In this document: positions 9,815 through 18,838 of the stretch, piece after piece
How positions within the stretch are numbered: position 1 is the first letter of the stretch
Layout of the letters: the number at the start of each line of letters is the position of its first letter
Assembly: GCA_963833015.1 (NCBI GenBank)
Contig: CAWHWJ010000020.1
Span: forward strand, 67,891-99,890
Direction: 5' to 3'
Origin: an uncultured Acidobacteriaceae bacterium
GTDB lineage: Bacteria; Acidobacteriota; Terriglobia; Terriglobales; Acidobacteriaceae
Length of the DNA stretch: 32,000 bases
Program-made: the position numbers and the translations under genes
Notes under the pieces: generated by a model
Databases searched by the model: none
Seen by the model: only the letters and a program-made list of their open reading frames with translations
Told to the model about the DNA's origin: nothing

Positions 9815-10297
9815 GTGATCAGCAAGAAGTGGATGTTCTTGTTGGCGCTCGCGTTGTTCATCTCGATTCTGCCCAGCAGCGGGCAAACAAGCAAACATCC
9901 CGACTCACTTTTCGAAACGATCAAGTCCCTCGATGCTAAGCTCTTTGACGCGTATAACCACTGCGACTTAGAGACGCTGGGCTCCATGGTTTCGGATGAT
10001 CTTGAGTTCTATCACGACCAGACAGGACTGACCGTAGGGAAAGCGCCGTTCCTCGCGGCAATTAAGCAGAACATCTGCGGTAAGGTTCAGCGGAACCTGC
10101 TAGAGGAAACCCTTGAAGTCTATCCGCTGAAGGGATACGGAGCGGTCGAAATCGGAATTCATCGATTCCATCATCCCAACCAGCCAGACAATGTTGGGGA
10201 TGCCAAGTTCGTGACAATCTGGCATGACGACAATGGGGTATGGAAAGTCACGCGAGTGATCAGCTACGAGCACAACCAGGGGCTACTGGCGAAATAG
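9815..10297 (+). CDS. Secreted NTF2-like / SnoaL-DUF4440-type protein
   Basis: 160 aa with a GTG start 6 nt after AAGGAG. It has a signal peptide (MISKKWMFLLALALFISILPSSGQ). The body (LDAKLFDAYNHCDLETLGSMVSDDLEFYHDQTG..GDAKFVTIWHDDNGVWKVTRVISYEH) is typical of DUF4440/NTF2-like domains. Confidence 0.75.
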   Translation: MISKKWMFLLALALFISILPSSGQTSKHPDSLFETIKSLDAKLFDAYNHCDLETLGSMVSDDLEFYHDQTGLTVGKAPFLAAIKQNICGKVQRNLLEETLEVYPLKGYGAVEIGIHRFHHPNQPDNVGDAKFVTIWHDDNGVWKVTRVISYEHNQGLLAK

Positions 10298-10959
10298 TGG
10301 CAAAACCAGTCATCGGATTCTGATCCATACTGCGGCCATTGTTGCAATCTGAAAACGGCCCGGCGAGGAATAGCAATGCGTCATCATCAGGATTGTTCTT
10401 TGGATGCCGTTAGTGTGCCACAGGATTGGCTCGAGGAAGAGGGTTTTCAAGACGAGCATTTCCAGAGTTCCCTGAACAAGATCGCTGGAGGATTCGGGTA
10501 TAGGCGTGGTTGCTCCTCTCGATAATCAAGATGTGTAATGCACGCTCCTGCCGATTGCCAAGAGGAGGGCGGATAATGCGGCGGCGTTTCAAAACTGCCA
10601 GCTTGCAGCAACTCTCTCACCTGTCGTGCCGCAGGCGTTGTTTCCCAACAGGGCATCCTTTGGTCGACCACGGCAAAAGCAAGATAGGTAACGGTAAAGC
10701 GAACTTCGCGCCATGGAATCGCATTCTGGCCATCAGCTCAGGACGTCAGGGTTCAACAAAGAGTATGAAACTAAGAATCGTAATTTACTATTGGCGCTAA
10801 CAGGAAAGAGCCAATTGCCTAAGCTCAGCTTCTCGGCGAAAGGTTTCAGTTCCCTGTTGAGAAGCATCTGCGCTTCGGCATAGCTGCAGGTTTCGATTGC
10901 GTGAATTGAACACAACCCATGAAGATTGAATGGGTATCTCGATATTTCCACATTGGGAC

Positions 10960-11047
10960 GAACTACGGGTCACTGGCCCACCTGACCCTTTCGGATGAAC
11001 TACGGGTCACTGCCGCTCTAAGGGTCACTGGCCCAACCTGACCCTTT
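10960..11047 (+). repeat. Iteron-like direct repeats: 3x GGGTCACTG, 2x GAACTACGGGTCACTG, 2x GGGTCACTGGCCCA(A)CCTGACCCTTT (each with an internal GGGTCA/TGACCC inverted repeat)
   Basis: Read directly. GGGTCACTG boxes start at 10967, 11004 and 11022. The 16-mers are at 10960 and 10997. The 24-25-mers are at 10967 and 11022. Confidence 0.8.
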
Positions 11048-11539
11048 GGCAGGTGGCAAACCGTTTCCAATAGCGTGCCCGAATCGGCGGCAAAAAGGAT
11101 ACATACACGTCTCATCTATCCGGGCAGGTGATTTTTTCTTATTTCCTTCTTTCCGGGGCTTTCAGCTCTGTGAAATCCCATATGCCTCTTTAGGTATCCT
11201 AAAGAAACATAGATGCCGTCTTATGTAGCGTCATCTCAGCTTTCCTATCGAACGCTTACGCACGGTCCCACAGGCACTCAATCACCGTCGTCGCTCCTTT
11301 ACATTGCTCAGTATGCTCAACCGACCACATTATGGGTGCGGGCGTTTCCACCGTTGGAAATTTGGACTCGAGTGTAACTTTGGGAACCCTTACTTCACGA
11401 CTTCACCCGCGTCTAGAGAGCTTTTATTTCTTTATTTCCCCGTCCGGTCCACAAACGTTAGGAGTTGCTCTGACACTCGGAACTGTGGCAAAGGGAGGCA
11501 ACAGCGTGGTTATGTGCTAAGGATTTGAGTGCTTCCGCG

Positions 11540-11595
11540 GGCAATACCGGGCAATGTGCCACGGCAATGGTGGTAAATATAGCAATTGTGGCAAT
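11540..11595 (+). repeat. Array of five (G/A)GCAAT direct repeats in 56 nt
   Basis: GGCAAT at 11540, 11550, 11563 and 11590; AGCAAT at 11581. The array ends 45 nt upstream of the tRNA-Ser-like fragment. Confidence 0.75.
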
Positions 11596-11633
11596 CTAGA
11601 ATCAGTAAGTTACTGGACCACAAAGCGTCGCCG

Positions 11634-11660
11634 GAGTTCGAATCCCACTCTCTCCGCCAT
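11634..11660 (+). other. tRNA-Ser-like 3'-end fragment (T-loop, acceptor 3' strand and CCA), not a full tRNA; att-like direct repeat copy 1
   Basis: GAGTTCGAATCCCACTCTCTCCGCCAT contains the T-loop consensus GTTCGAATCC, the acceptor strand TCTCTCC, discriminator G and CCA. There is no complementary 5' T-stem or acceptor strand upstream. The 20-mer at 11641-11660 recurs at 13162-13181. Confidence 0.65.
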
Positions 11661-11693
11661 AGCTCAGCTGGAAGTGGGCAAAAAGGGTTGGAA

Positions 11694-11981
11694 TCAGTCC
11701 GCCTGTTCCTTAGCGCAAAAGCAGCATTCGATCCCAGCGTCTTCGACGGCGGCCTTGACGGCATCGGTCATCTCGCGGCTACTTGAGAAAACGGTCCCTA
11801 ACTGACCATGCGAGAGCCGATAATTTCCCAATTTGTATGCTGGCTCATTTCCCCCCGCATCCGCGTCGTAGACTTCCCCGTGATACGGACAACGCACCAG
11901 CACCTTAGCATCAATCGCAATCTCCGTTGCGACTTGCCGCTGGTCTTCGTGGCGTTCGATCATTCTCTTTACCAAGCTCAT
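11694..11981 (-). CDS. Hypothetical small Cys/His protein (possible zinc-binding; CPYH...CCFC)
   Basis: 95 aa with protein-like composition: MSLVKRMIERHEDQRQVATEIAIDAKVLVRCPYHGEVYD..AYKLGNYRLSHGQLGTVFSSSREMTDAVKAAVEDAGIECCFCAKE. I recognise no domain with confidence. Confidence 0.6.
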   Translation of the reverse strand: MSLVKRMIERHEDQRQVATEIAIDAKVLVRCPYHGEVYDADAGGNEPAYKLGNYRLSHGQLGTVFSSSREMTDAVKAAVEDAGIECCFCAKEQAD

Positions 11982-12156
11982 AGCACAACTCCGGCGGATG
12001 TGATTTTAACGTGGACGCGCCAGTCTGTCATCATGGGCTGGTGCAAGGCGGGATGCTCAGGCGCAGGAATTTCTATCGCAGGCGACGCCTCCTGAATCTG
12101 CATCGCAACGGAACCGGGCGTAGGATGGGAACAAAGCCAGCACTAGGCATTAGACA

Positions 12157-13056
12157 ATGGCATCGCTAGTCGAAGAACTTCAGCGTGACGCATTAAATCC
12201 GGGCGTGAAGGTCAGCGATCTCTTGCGGAAAGCGAAGACAATTGCCATCAAGCTGGACCTCCCTGAGCTTGAGGCATGGGTTGAGAATGAATTGAACGGC
12301 TATCCGCCAGGCGACGTGCCCAAATACCGGGTCCTTGTTGGACAGGTAAAGGGGCAGAATCCGTTTCATGGTTGGCAGTCCGTCATTTTCCCTGACAACG
12401 ATACGCAAGAGGCATTCTCCAAACGGCACGTCTTCCAAAAAGTCGCGGAGTTGGAGAGTGTGATTGCCAATTCGGGCAAAGGAGGCGAGCTTCAGATTCC
12501 ACTGACTGCTAAGGCGAAACAGCTATTGATGCGAGCAACTGGATTCGACGAGGACTTTACAATCATGGTGAACGCAAGTGCCGTCGATGGGATTTTGGAC
12601 GCTGTGCGAAACGCATTGCTTGAATGGGCGCTGAAGTTGGAGAAATCAGGTATCAAAGGTAGTGGCGTGTCATTTTCAAGCGACGAGCGCAAGAAAGCAC
12701 ACGAGGCCCAGGCCGTTTACAACATCGGAACGATTGGGACGTTTACAGGAAATATGGGGTCCGGCAGCGGCAACTTTACTGTTGAAGGCAACATCGTCAA
12801 TGCAGATTCCAAAGGCGCTATCGAAGGTCTAATTGGGCGGATTCGATCCAACGAGGCTCAACTTGGCTTGGAACCTCCATCTGCAAAGGAGCTGGATAAA
12901 GCCCTAGACGGTCTTCAACACGAAATACAGCGCCCGGACCCGAGGGCCAACCGGGTTAGAGAGTTTCTAGGTTCGATTCGCAACATTGCGGAAGGTGCGG
13001 TTGGAAGCCTTGTAGCTCAAGGCATCTTGTACGAGATTTCAAAGCTAATGGCTTGA
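12157..13056 (+). CDS. AbiTii-like domain protein (candidate abortive-infection / phage-defence protein)
   Basis: 299 aa. The N-terminus LVEELQRDALNPGVKVSDLLRKAKTIAIKLDLPELEAWVENELNGYPPGDVPKYRVLVGQVKGQNPFHGW, followed by ..AVRNALLEWALKLEKSGI, matches my memory of the AbiTii (Lactococcus AbiT second component) domain pattern. The assignment is from recall, not a search. Confidence 0.55.
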   Translation: MASLVEELQRDALNPGVKVSDLLRKAKTIAIKLDLPELEAWVENELNGYPPGDVPKYRVLVGQVKGQNPFHGWQSVIFPDNDTQEAFSKRHVFQKVAELESVIANSGKGGELQIPLTAKAKQLLMRATGFDEDFTIMVNASAVDGILDAVRNALLEWALKLEKSGIKGSGVSFSSDERKKAHEAQAVYNIGTIGTFTGNMGSGSGNFTVEGNIVNADSKGAIEGLIGRIRSNEAQLGLEPPSAKELDKALDGLQHEIQRPDPRANRVREFLGSIRNIAEGAVGSLVAQGILYEISKLMA

Positions 13057-13161
13057 ACGCGGCTCGATAGCTCAGGCTCCCGTTAGCGTAGTAAAGCCTT
13101 AGTAATGGGTTAAAATCTGGCAAACTCCTGTGTTCATGCGGGTATCAGATGTTTTCTGTAA

Positions 13162-13181
13162 AATCCCACTCTCTGCGCCAT
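13162..13181 (+). repeat. att-like direct repeat copy 2 (19/20 identical to 11641-11660)
   Basis: AATCCCACTCTCTGCGCCAT versus AATCCCACTCTCTCCGCCAT. Same strand, 1521 bp apart. Confidence 0.7.
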
Positions 13182-13313
13182 TCCTGCTGTCCGCTTCGGT
13201 ATCTCCTACCTCACACTTGCTCGGCAACACTGGGTCATTCACTGAGTGGTTGCCGAAACTATTGTTTTTAAGACAAACGCAAATTTGTGCCGTAATCTCA
13301 TTTTGGATTCGAC

Positions 13314-14237
13314 ATGCGTTCTTTCCTGAGGTTCTTGTTAGCGGCTGCGATTGTGACGTCTTGCCCGGGCCTGCTTCGGGCGCAGGACCTCTCACCTCGC
13401 GCCTATGTGATCACACCTGTGCGTTCGAATGCGGTAAATCTGACCTATTCGTTTTTCGATGGCAGCATCATTCTCGGTAACGCTGTCCCGATTGTCGGCG
13501 CGACAGGGCGCGTCAATGTTCAGATTTTGAGCTACTATCATTCCCTGAATTTCTTTGGGCGGTCGTCCAGTGTTGCTGTTGTTTTGCCCTATGGAGTTGG
13601 CAACTTTGACGGAACCGCGGCCGGTGTTCAAGCCCATCTCTACCGTTCAGGCCTGCTGGATTCCACATTCCGCTTTTCGGTGAATCTGAAGGGCGGTCCG
13701 GCAATGGACTTGCGGGAAATGAGTAAGTGGAAACAAAAGACACTGATCGGAGTCAGCTTTAAGTTCACGGCTCCAACGAGTCAGTATGACCCGACAAAGC
13801 TCGTCAATTTCGGCACGAATCGCTTTTCTTTTGAGCCGGAAGTTGGCTTGTCGAAACGCCGCGGACATTGGCTGATCGATACCTATGGCGGCGTATGGTT
13901 TTTCACTGAAAACCCGAATTTCTTTCCCGGAACGCCAGAACAATCGAAGAATCCAGTTGGAGCATTCGAAGGTCACCTGAGCTACGATGTGAGACCTCGC
14001 CTGTGGACCTCGCTGGATGGCAACTTCTGGTTCGGAGGCAGCACAAGCCTCAATGGCGTTCCCAGTCCGCAGACGTCGGAGAGGAACTCGCGCGTCGGGG
14101 CCACCGTGTCCTTCCCAGTGACAAAACACCAATCGATCAAATTCAGTTACAGTGACGGCGCCTACATACGGTATGGCGGAAACTTCCAGAATATTTCAGT
14201 AGGCTGGCAGTATTCGTGGATTAACAAACCCAAATAG
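13314..14237 (+). CDS. Outer-membrane beta-barrel 'transporter' (MetA-pathway-of-phenol-degradation-like family)
   Basis: 307 aa with a signal peptide (MRSFLRFLLAAAIVTSCPGLLRAQ). DLSPRAYVITPVRSNAVNLTYSFFDG and the alternating beta-strand pattern ending in an aromatic-rich C-terminus fit this outer-membrane protein family. Confidence 0.65.
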   Translation: MRSFLRFLLAAAIVTSCPGLLRAQDLSPRAYVITPVRSNAVNLTYSFFDGSIILGNAVPIVGATGRVNVQILSYYHSLNFFGRSSSVAVVLPYGVGNFDGTAAGVQAHLYRSGLLDSTFRFSVNLKGGPAMDLREMSKWKQKTLIGVSFKFTAPTSQYDPTKLVNFGTNRFSFEPEVGLSKRRGHWLIDTYGGVWFFTENPNFFPGTPEQSKNPVGAFEGHLSYDVRPRLWTSLDGNFWFGGSTSLNGVPSPQTSERNSRVGATVSFPVTKHQSIKFSYSDGAYIRYGGNFQNISVGWQYSWINKPK

Positions 14238-14246
14238 GCCGCTCGC

Positions 14247-15641
14247 TTACTGCTGCCAACCGCCGCCAAGCGCGTTGTAAAGCTCCACCAGGGCCAGCCT
14301 TTCAGCGAGCTGCGCCTGGGCCAGTGCAATCTGCGCGTTGAAGTAACGCGTGTCGCTGTCGAGGACTTCAAGGTAGCTGGTGACGCCGCCGTTATATTGA
14401 AGATTCGCGAGGCGAACCGCGTCTCCTGCCGCGGCAGTTAACAACTCCTCCTGCGCCCGGTACTCCTGATCCTTCCGGTAACCAACCAGCGAGTCTGAGA
14501 CTTCACGAAACGCTTGCTGGATTGACTGCTGATAGAACAAAAGCGCTTCCTGCTCCTGCGCCTCAGTCAACCTTACATTGGCGCGGAGTTTCCCCGCGGT
14601 AAAGATCGGTTGAGCTAATTGGCCACCGAAGCTCCATAAACCAGCGGGCCCGGTAAACAGGCTGCTAAGAGCTGAACTTTGGTAGCCAGCTATGGCGGTC
14701 AGACTAATGTCGGGGAAATATGCCGCTTTCGCTACTCCGATCTGTGCGTTGGCTGCCACGAGTTGTTGCTCGGCAGACTGCAGGTCGGGGCGACGCTCCA
14801 GCAGCGCCGATGGGAGACCGGCAGGAACGGTCGGCGGAAATTTGTTTTCGACTAACGGCTTTCCGCGAGTAATCGGTTCCGGATTATCACCCAATAAAAT
14901 GCTGATGAGGTTTTCCTGCTGCTCAATGCTCCGCTCCAGAGCGGGAATGTTCGCCGCTGCTGCGTAGACCAGTTGTTCAGACTGGCGAACATCGAGCATG
15001 GAGACCGTTCCGCCGGTTTCCCGTATCCGCACCAGGCGCAACGACTCGTTGCGGGAGGTGAGTGTGTCTCGAGAGATCTGCATCTCGGCATCCAGCTCGA
15101 GCAGTTGGAAATAGGCCGACGCAACATTACTCACCAAGCTCCAGATCACAGCTTTCTGGGCCCACTCAGTCGCGAGAAGACTGGCGCGTGCCGATTCGGT
15201 TGCTCTTCGATACTTTCCCCAGAAGTCGATTTCCCAGGCCAGCGATAGATTTACCTGATTGGCGCTGGTATTGGTAGTCGGTAAGGTCTTTGTCTGGGGG
15301 AGTTGCACGTTGGACGCACTTGCTCCACCGTAAATGGATGGAAACTGATCCGCGCGGGTGATGCCCAGCGAGGCTTGCGCCTGCAACACGCGAGTTGCCG
15401 CGATGCGCACGTCATAGTTTTGCGCGATTGCCTTATGGATCAGCGCCTGTAGCTGCGGATCATCGAAGACAGTCCACCACTTTTCATCGGCAAAGGACGC
15501 AGTGGTCTGCGGCGGAGCATTGGGATCGAGCCCGCGGTAGGCATCGGGAGCCGCGATGGTTGGACGCTTGTAGTTGGGCCCGACGGTGCATCCGGTCAGG
15601 AACAGGAGGGCTGTTGCAATGAGCCGATGTCTGGCGATCAT
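14247..15641 (-). CDS. RND efflux outer-membrane factor lipoprotein (NodT/OprM family)
   Basis: The track ORF is 14247..15848. I prefer ATG 15641 (MIARHRLIATALLFLTGCTVGPNYKRP), which gives a lipobox plus the canonical NodT N-terminus. The two TolC-like repeats end in LYNALGGGWQ. Confidence 0.9.
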   Translation of the reverse strand: MIARHRLIATALLFLTGCTVGPNYKRPTIAAPDAYRGLDPNAPPQTTASFADEKWWTVFDDPQLQALIHKAIAQNYDVRIAATRVLQAQASLGITRADQFPSIYGGASASNVQLPQTKTLPTTNTSANQVNLSLAWEIDFWGKYRRATESARASLLATEWAQKAVIWSLVSNVASAYFQLLELDAEMQISRDTLTSRNESLRLVRIRETGGTVSMLDVRQSEQLVYAAAANIPALERSIEQQENLISILLGDNPEPITRGKPLVENKFPPTVPAGLPSALLERRPDLQSAEQQLVAANAQIGVAKAAYFPDISLTAIAGYQSSALSSLFTGPAGLWSFGGQLAQPIFTAGKLRANVRLTEAQEQEALLFYQQSIQQAFREVSDSLVGYRKDQEYRAQEELLTAAAGDAVRLANLQYNGGVTSYLEVLDSDTRYFNAQIALAQAQLAERLALVELYNALGGGWQQ

Positions 15642-15643
15642 GG

Positions 15644-18600
15644 CTAGTCTCCCTCCGAGGGCGTGACGGTTGGCAACGTAGTTGGCGGCGATTCTTTCCC
15701 TTTCTTGAAGAAGTTGCCGAAGCGCTCCACTACGTCGAACGAGACGGGAACGAAGAAGATGGCGATGACGGTAGACGCGAGCATGCCGCCGATGACCGTC
15801 GTTCCAAGCACCTGGCGCGAAATGGCGCCTGCTCCGAATGCCCGCCACAACGGCACGCAGCCAAGAATGAAGGCAAATGCTGTCATCAGGATTGGCCGCA
15901 GTCTCACCCTGGCGCCGGTTAGAGTCGCCTCGATGAGCGGCTTGCCCTTGTCGTATTCAAGCTTGGCAAATTCTACGATGAGAATGGCATTCTTGGACGA
16001 CAGTCCTATCAGCATAACCAGCCCAATCTGGGCATACACATTATTGTCGAACCGGCGAAGGTAGAGCGTTAAGAACGCGCCGAAAACGGCAATGGGAAGT
16101 CCCAGCAATACGCTGAAGGGCAGCGTCCAGCTCTCATATTGCGCGGCCATGATGAGGAAAACCACAAACAAGGCCATGCCAAAAATAATGCCGGGCGAAA
16201 CGCCTTGCGCCGCCTTTTGCTCCTGGTACGACATGCCGGAGTAATCGAAGCCCATCTGGCCAGGCATCGTCTTGTGGAAGACGTCTTCCAGCGCAGCCAT
16301 GACCTGAGCGGAACTGTAGCCGGGCGCGGCCGCGGCATTAATCTGCACGCAGTTGAAGAGGTTGTAGCGCATGACAAACTCGGCGCCACTGCGCGCATCG
16401 GTGGTGGTCAGCGTACTCAACGGAACCATGTCGCCGGAAGCGTTCCTGACGTAAAACTTGCCGAGATTGTCTGCCCTGGTCCGGAAGTCTCCGTCGGCCA
16501 TGAACATATACCTGCCATTGCAGGCCGAAGCGGTTGAAGAAGTTAATCAGCGAGCCGCCCATGAACGTCTGCACCGTCTGGTACAGGTCGCTCAGCTGGA
16601 TCTGCTGGGTCATCGCCTTGGCGTTGTCCACCTTTACCCCGACCTGGGGAACGCCGAACAGGGCTGTGGTAAAGAGCCCCGCCAGTTCCGGGCGTCTGCG
16701 TGCCTCGGCCATATACACCTGGGTCTGTTTCGCGAGAAAGTCAATGCTGCCGCCAGATCTGTCTTCAAGAATGAAAGTGGCGCCTCCTGACGTGCCCACG
16801 CCGGGGATCGCGGGCGGCGGGAACGAGAAGGCAACTCCCCCTGGGACTCTTGACAGGGCCTGCTGAAGGTGAGCTTTGATCCCCTCGTAACTCTCCTCCG
16901 GAGTTTTGCGTTCATCCCAGGGCTTCAGTGAGATAAAGAAGAATGAACTGTAGGTGGCGGCGACGCCGCTCAACAAGCTGTATCCGTTGACAGTGCTGAC
17001 GTATTGCACGCCAGGTGTGTCCATCATGATCTTCTCGACTTCGCGCGCGGCCTCCGAGGTGAGTTGCAGAGACGAGGCGTTAGGCAGTTGCAACCCGGCA
17101 TAAAGGTATCCCTGATCTTCATCGGGGAGAAAGCTTCCCGGGAGCTGTTTTCCGAAGTAACCCGCACCCACCGCCAGCCCGGCGAGCAGGAGAAACGCCA
17201 GAGCGGCTTTGTGGATCAGGTGCCTGCATATATTCACGTACCCGTCGGTGGCGCGACCGAAGACATTGTTGAACCCGCGAAAGAAGGCGCCGAGGGGTCC
17301 TCGAGACTCTTTCTTGGGACGCAACAGCATGGCGGAAAGCGCCGGGCTTAGGGTGAGCGCGTTGAATGCCGAGAAGAGCACCGAAATCGCGATGGTGATT
17401 GCGAACTGCTTATAAAGCTGGCCAGTAATACCAGGAATGAAGGCCGTGGGAATGAATACTGCAGCCAGGATGAGTGCGATCGCAATGACCGGTGACGAAA
17501 CTTCCTCCATCGCTTTGATGGTTGCGTCGTGAGGCGTCAGACCGAGCTCGATATTGTGTTCGACCGCCTCCACGACGACGATGGCATCGTCGACGACCAG
17601 TCCAATTGCCAGAACCATACCCAAAAGCGACAGGGTGTTGATGGAGAAGCCCAGCATGGGAAAGACCATGAAGGTCGCAATCAGAGAGACAGGAACGGCG
17701 AGCAGAGGAATCAGCGTGGCTCTGAGGCCCTGCAGGAAAATGAAGACGACGAGGATGACCAGAAGCAGAGCCTCTCCCAGCGTCTTGTAGATTTCGTGGA
17801 TGCCGGCACTGACCGCGAGTGTCGTGTCGAGTGCGGTAATGTAGTCCAGCCCCTGTGGGAACCTGCCTTTCGCCTCGTCCATCATTTTGAGGACAGCGGC
17901 TCGCGTTTGCAGCGCGTTGCTGCCAGGAGTGAGGTAGAGCGCGAGGAGGGCAGCGGGCTGAGAAGGCTTATTCTCTCCCGACACTCCCAACCGCGCAACA
18001 TAGGAATAGTATTGCGATCCAAGTTCCACACGCGCCACGTCTTTCAGCCGCAGGATTGACCCGTCGGACTGAGCGCGGACGACGATCTCACCAAACTCCT
18101 CGGCCGTGGGCAGACGCCCCGGAGCTCGCACGTTGTAGGTGAATTGCTGGCCGAGTGGGACGGGCTCGCCTCCAACCTGGCCCGCAGGATTGACCTTGTT
18201 TTGAGCCTTGACCGCATTCGTGATGTCGGAGACGGTCACGCCCAGGCTCGCCAGCTTGTCAGGGTTCACCCAGATGCGCATCGCATAAGGCCCGGCGCCG
18301 AATATCTGTACCTGTCCGACCCCCGAGATACGGGTGAGCGCGTACTGCAAATTGATGGTGGCGTAGTTAGCCAGAAAAATGCTGTCGTATGTGCCGGAGG
18401 GCGAGTAGAGGTCGAGCAGCATAAAGGGCGCCGTCGTCCCCGGCTGAACGATTACACCTTGCTGGGTTACCTCGGAGGGCAGTTGCGAGGCGGCCTGGCC
18501 CTGCCGCATCTGCGCCAGAATCTGATCGGTGTTGATGTCGGTTCCCAGCGCGAAGTCAACGTACAGCACCATCTTTCCGCCAGAGCTCGCGCTCAAGGAG

Positions 18601-18836
18601 TACATGTAATTCATGCCGCTGACGCCCGACATCTGCTGTTCTATCGGTGTTGCAACGGACTCCGCAATCGTCTGGGCGTCCGCGCCGGGGTAGGTGGCTT
18701 GTACCTGGATCATCGGGTCGGCGATATTGGGGAACTGTGCCGTAGGTAGCTCGAGCACCGCGACCCCGCCGGCCAGCACCATCAAAATTGCGATGACTAT
18801 CGCGACGATGGGGCGATTAATAAAGAATTTCGACAT
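15644..18836 (-). pseudogene. RND (HAE1/AcrB-MexB-like) efflux permease, reading frame split by a 1-nt insertion near 16497-16502
   Basis: Two overlapping ORFs (16338..18836 and 15644..16507) together cover a full ~1060 aa AcrB-like protein. The frame changes at ..FNRFGLQWQVYV|HGRRR.., while the other frame continues MADGDFRTRADNLGKFYVRNASGDMVPLS. GTTCATGGCCGAC carries one extra base relative to an in-frame VQADGDF/VHADGDF. This could also be a sequencing error. Confidence 0.8.
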
Positions 18837-18838
18837 GA

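Noticed and set aside
10410-10951. Minus-strand ORFs (72, 74 and 60 aa) as a decayed integrase or regulator gene
   Set aside because: The translations are Trp/Cys/Pro-rich and interrupted by an in-frame TGA. They show no integrase, HTH or other motif I can recognise.
11565-11660. A complete tRNA gene ending at 11659
   Set aside because: Only the T-loop, the 3' T-stem, the 3' acceptor strand and CCA are present. The 5 nt before the T-loop (CGGAG) do not pair with CCCAC, and no GGAGAGA acceptor 5' strand exists upstream.
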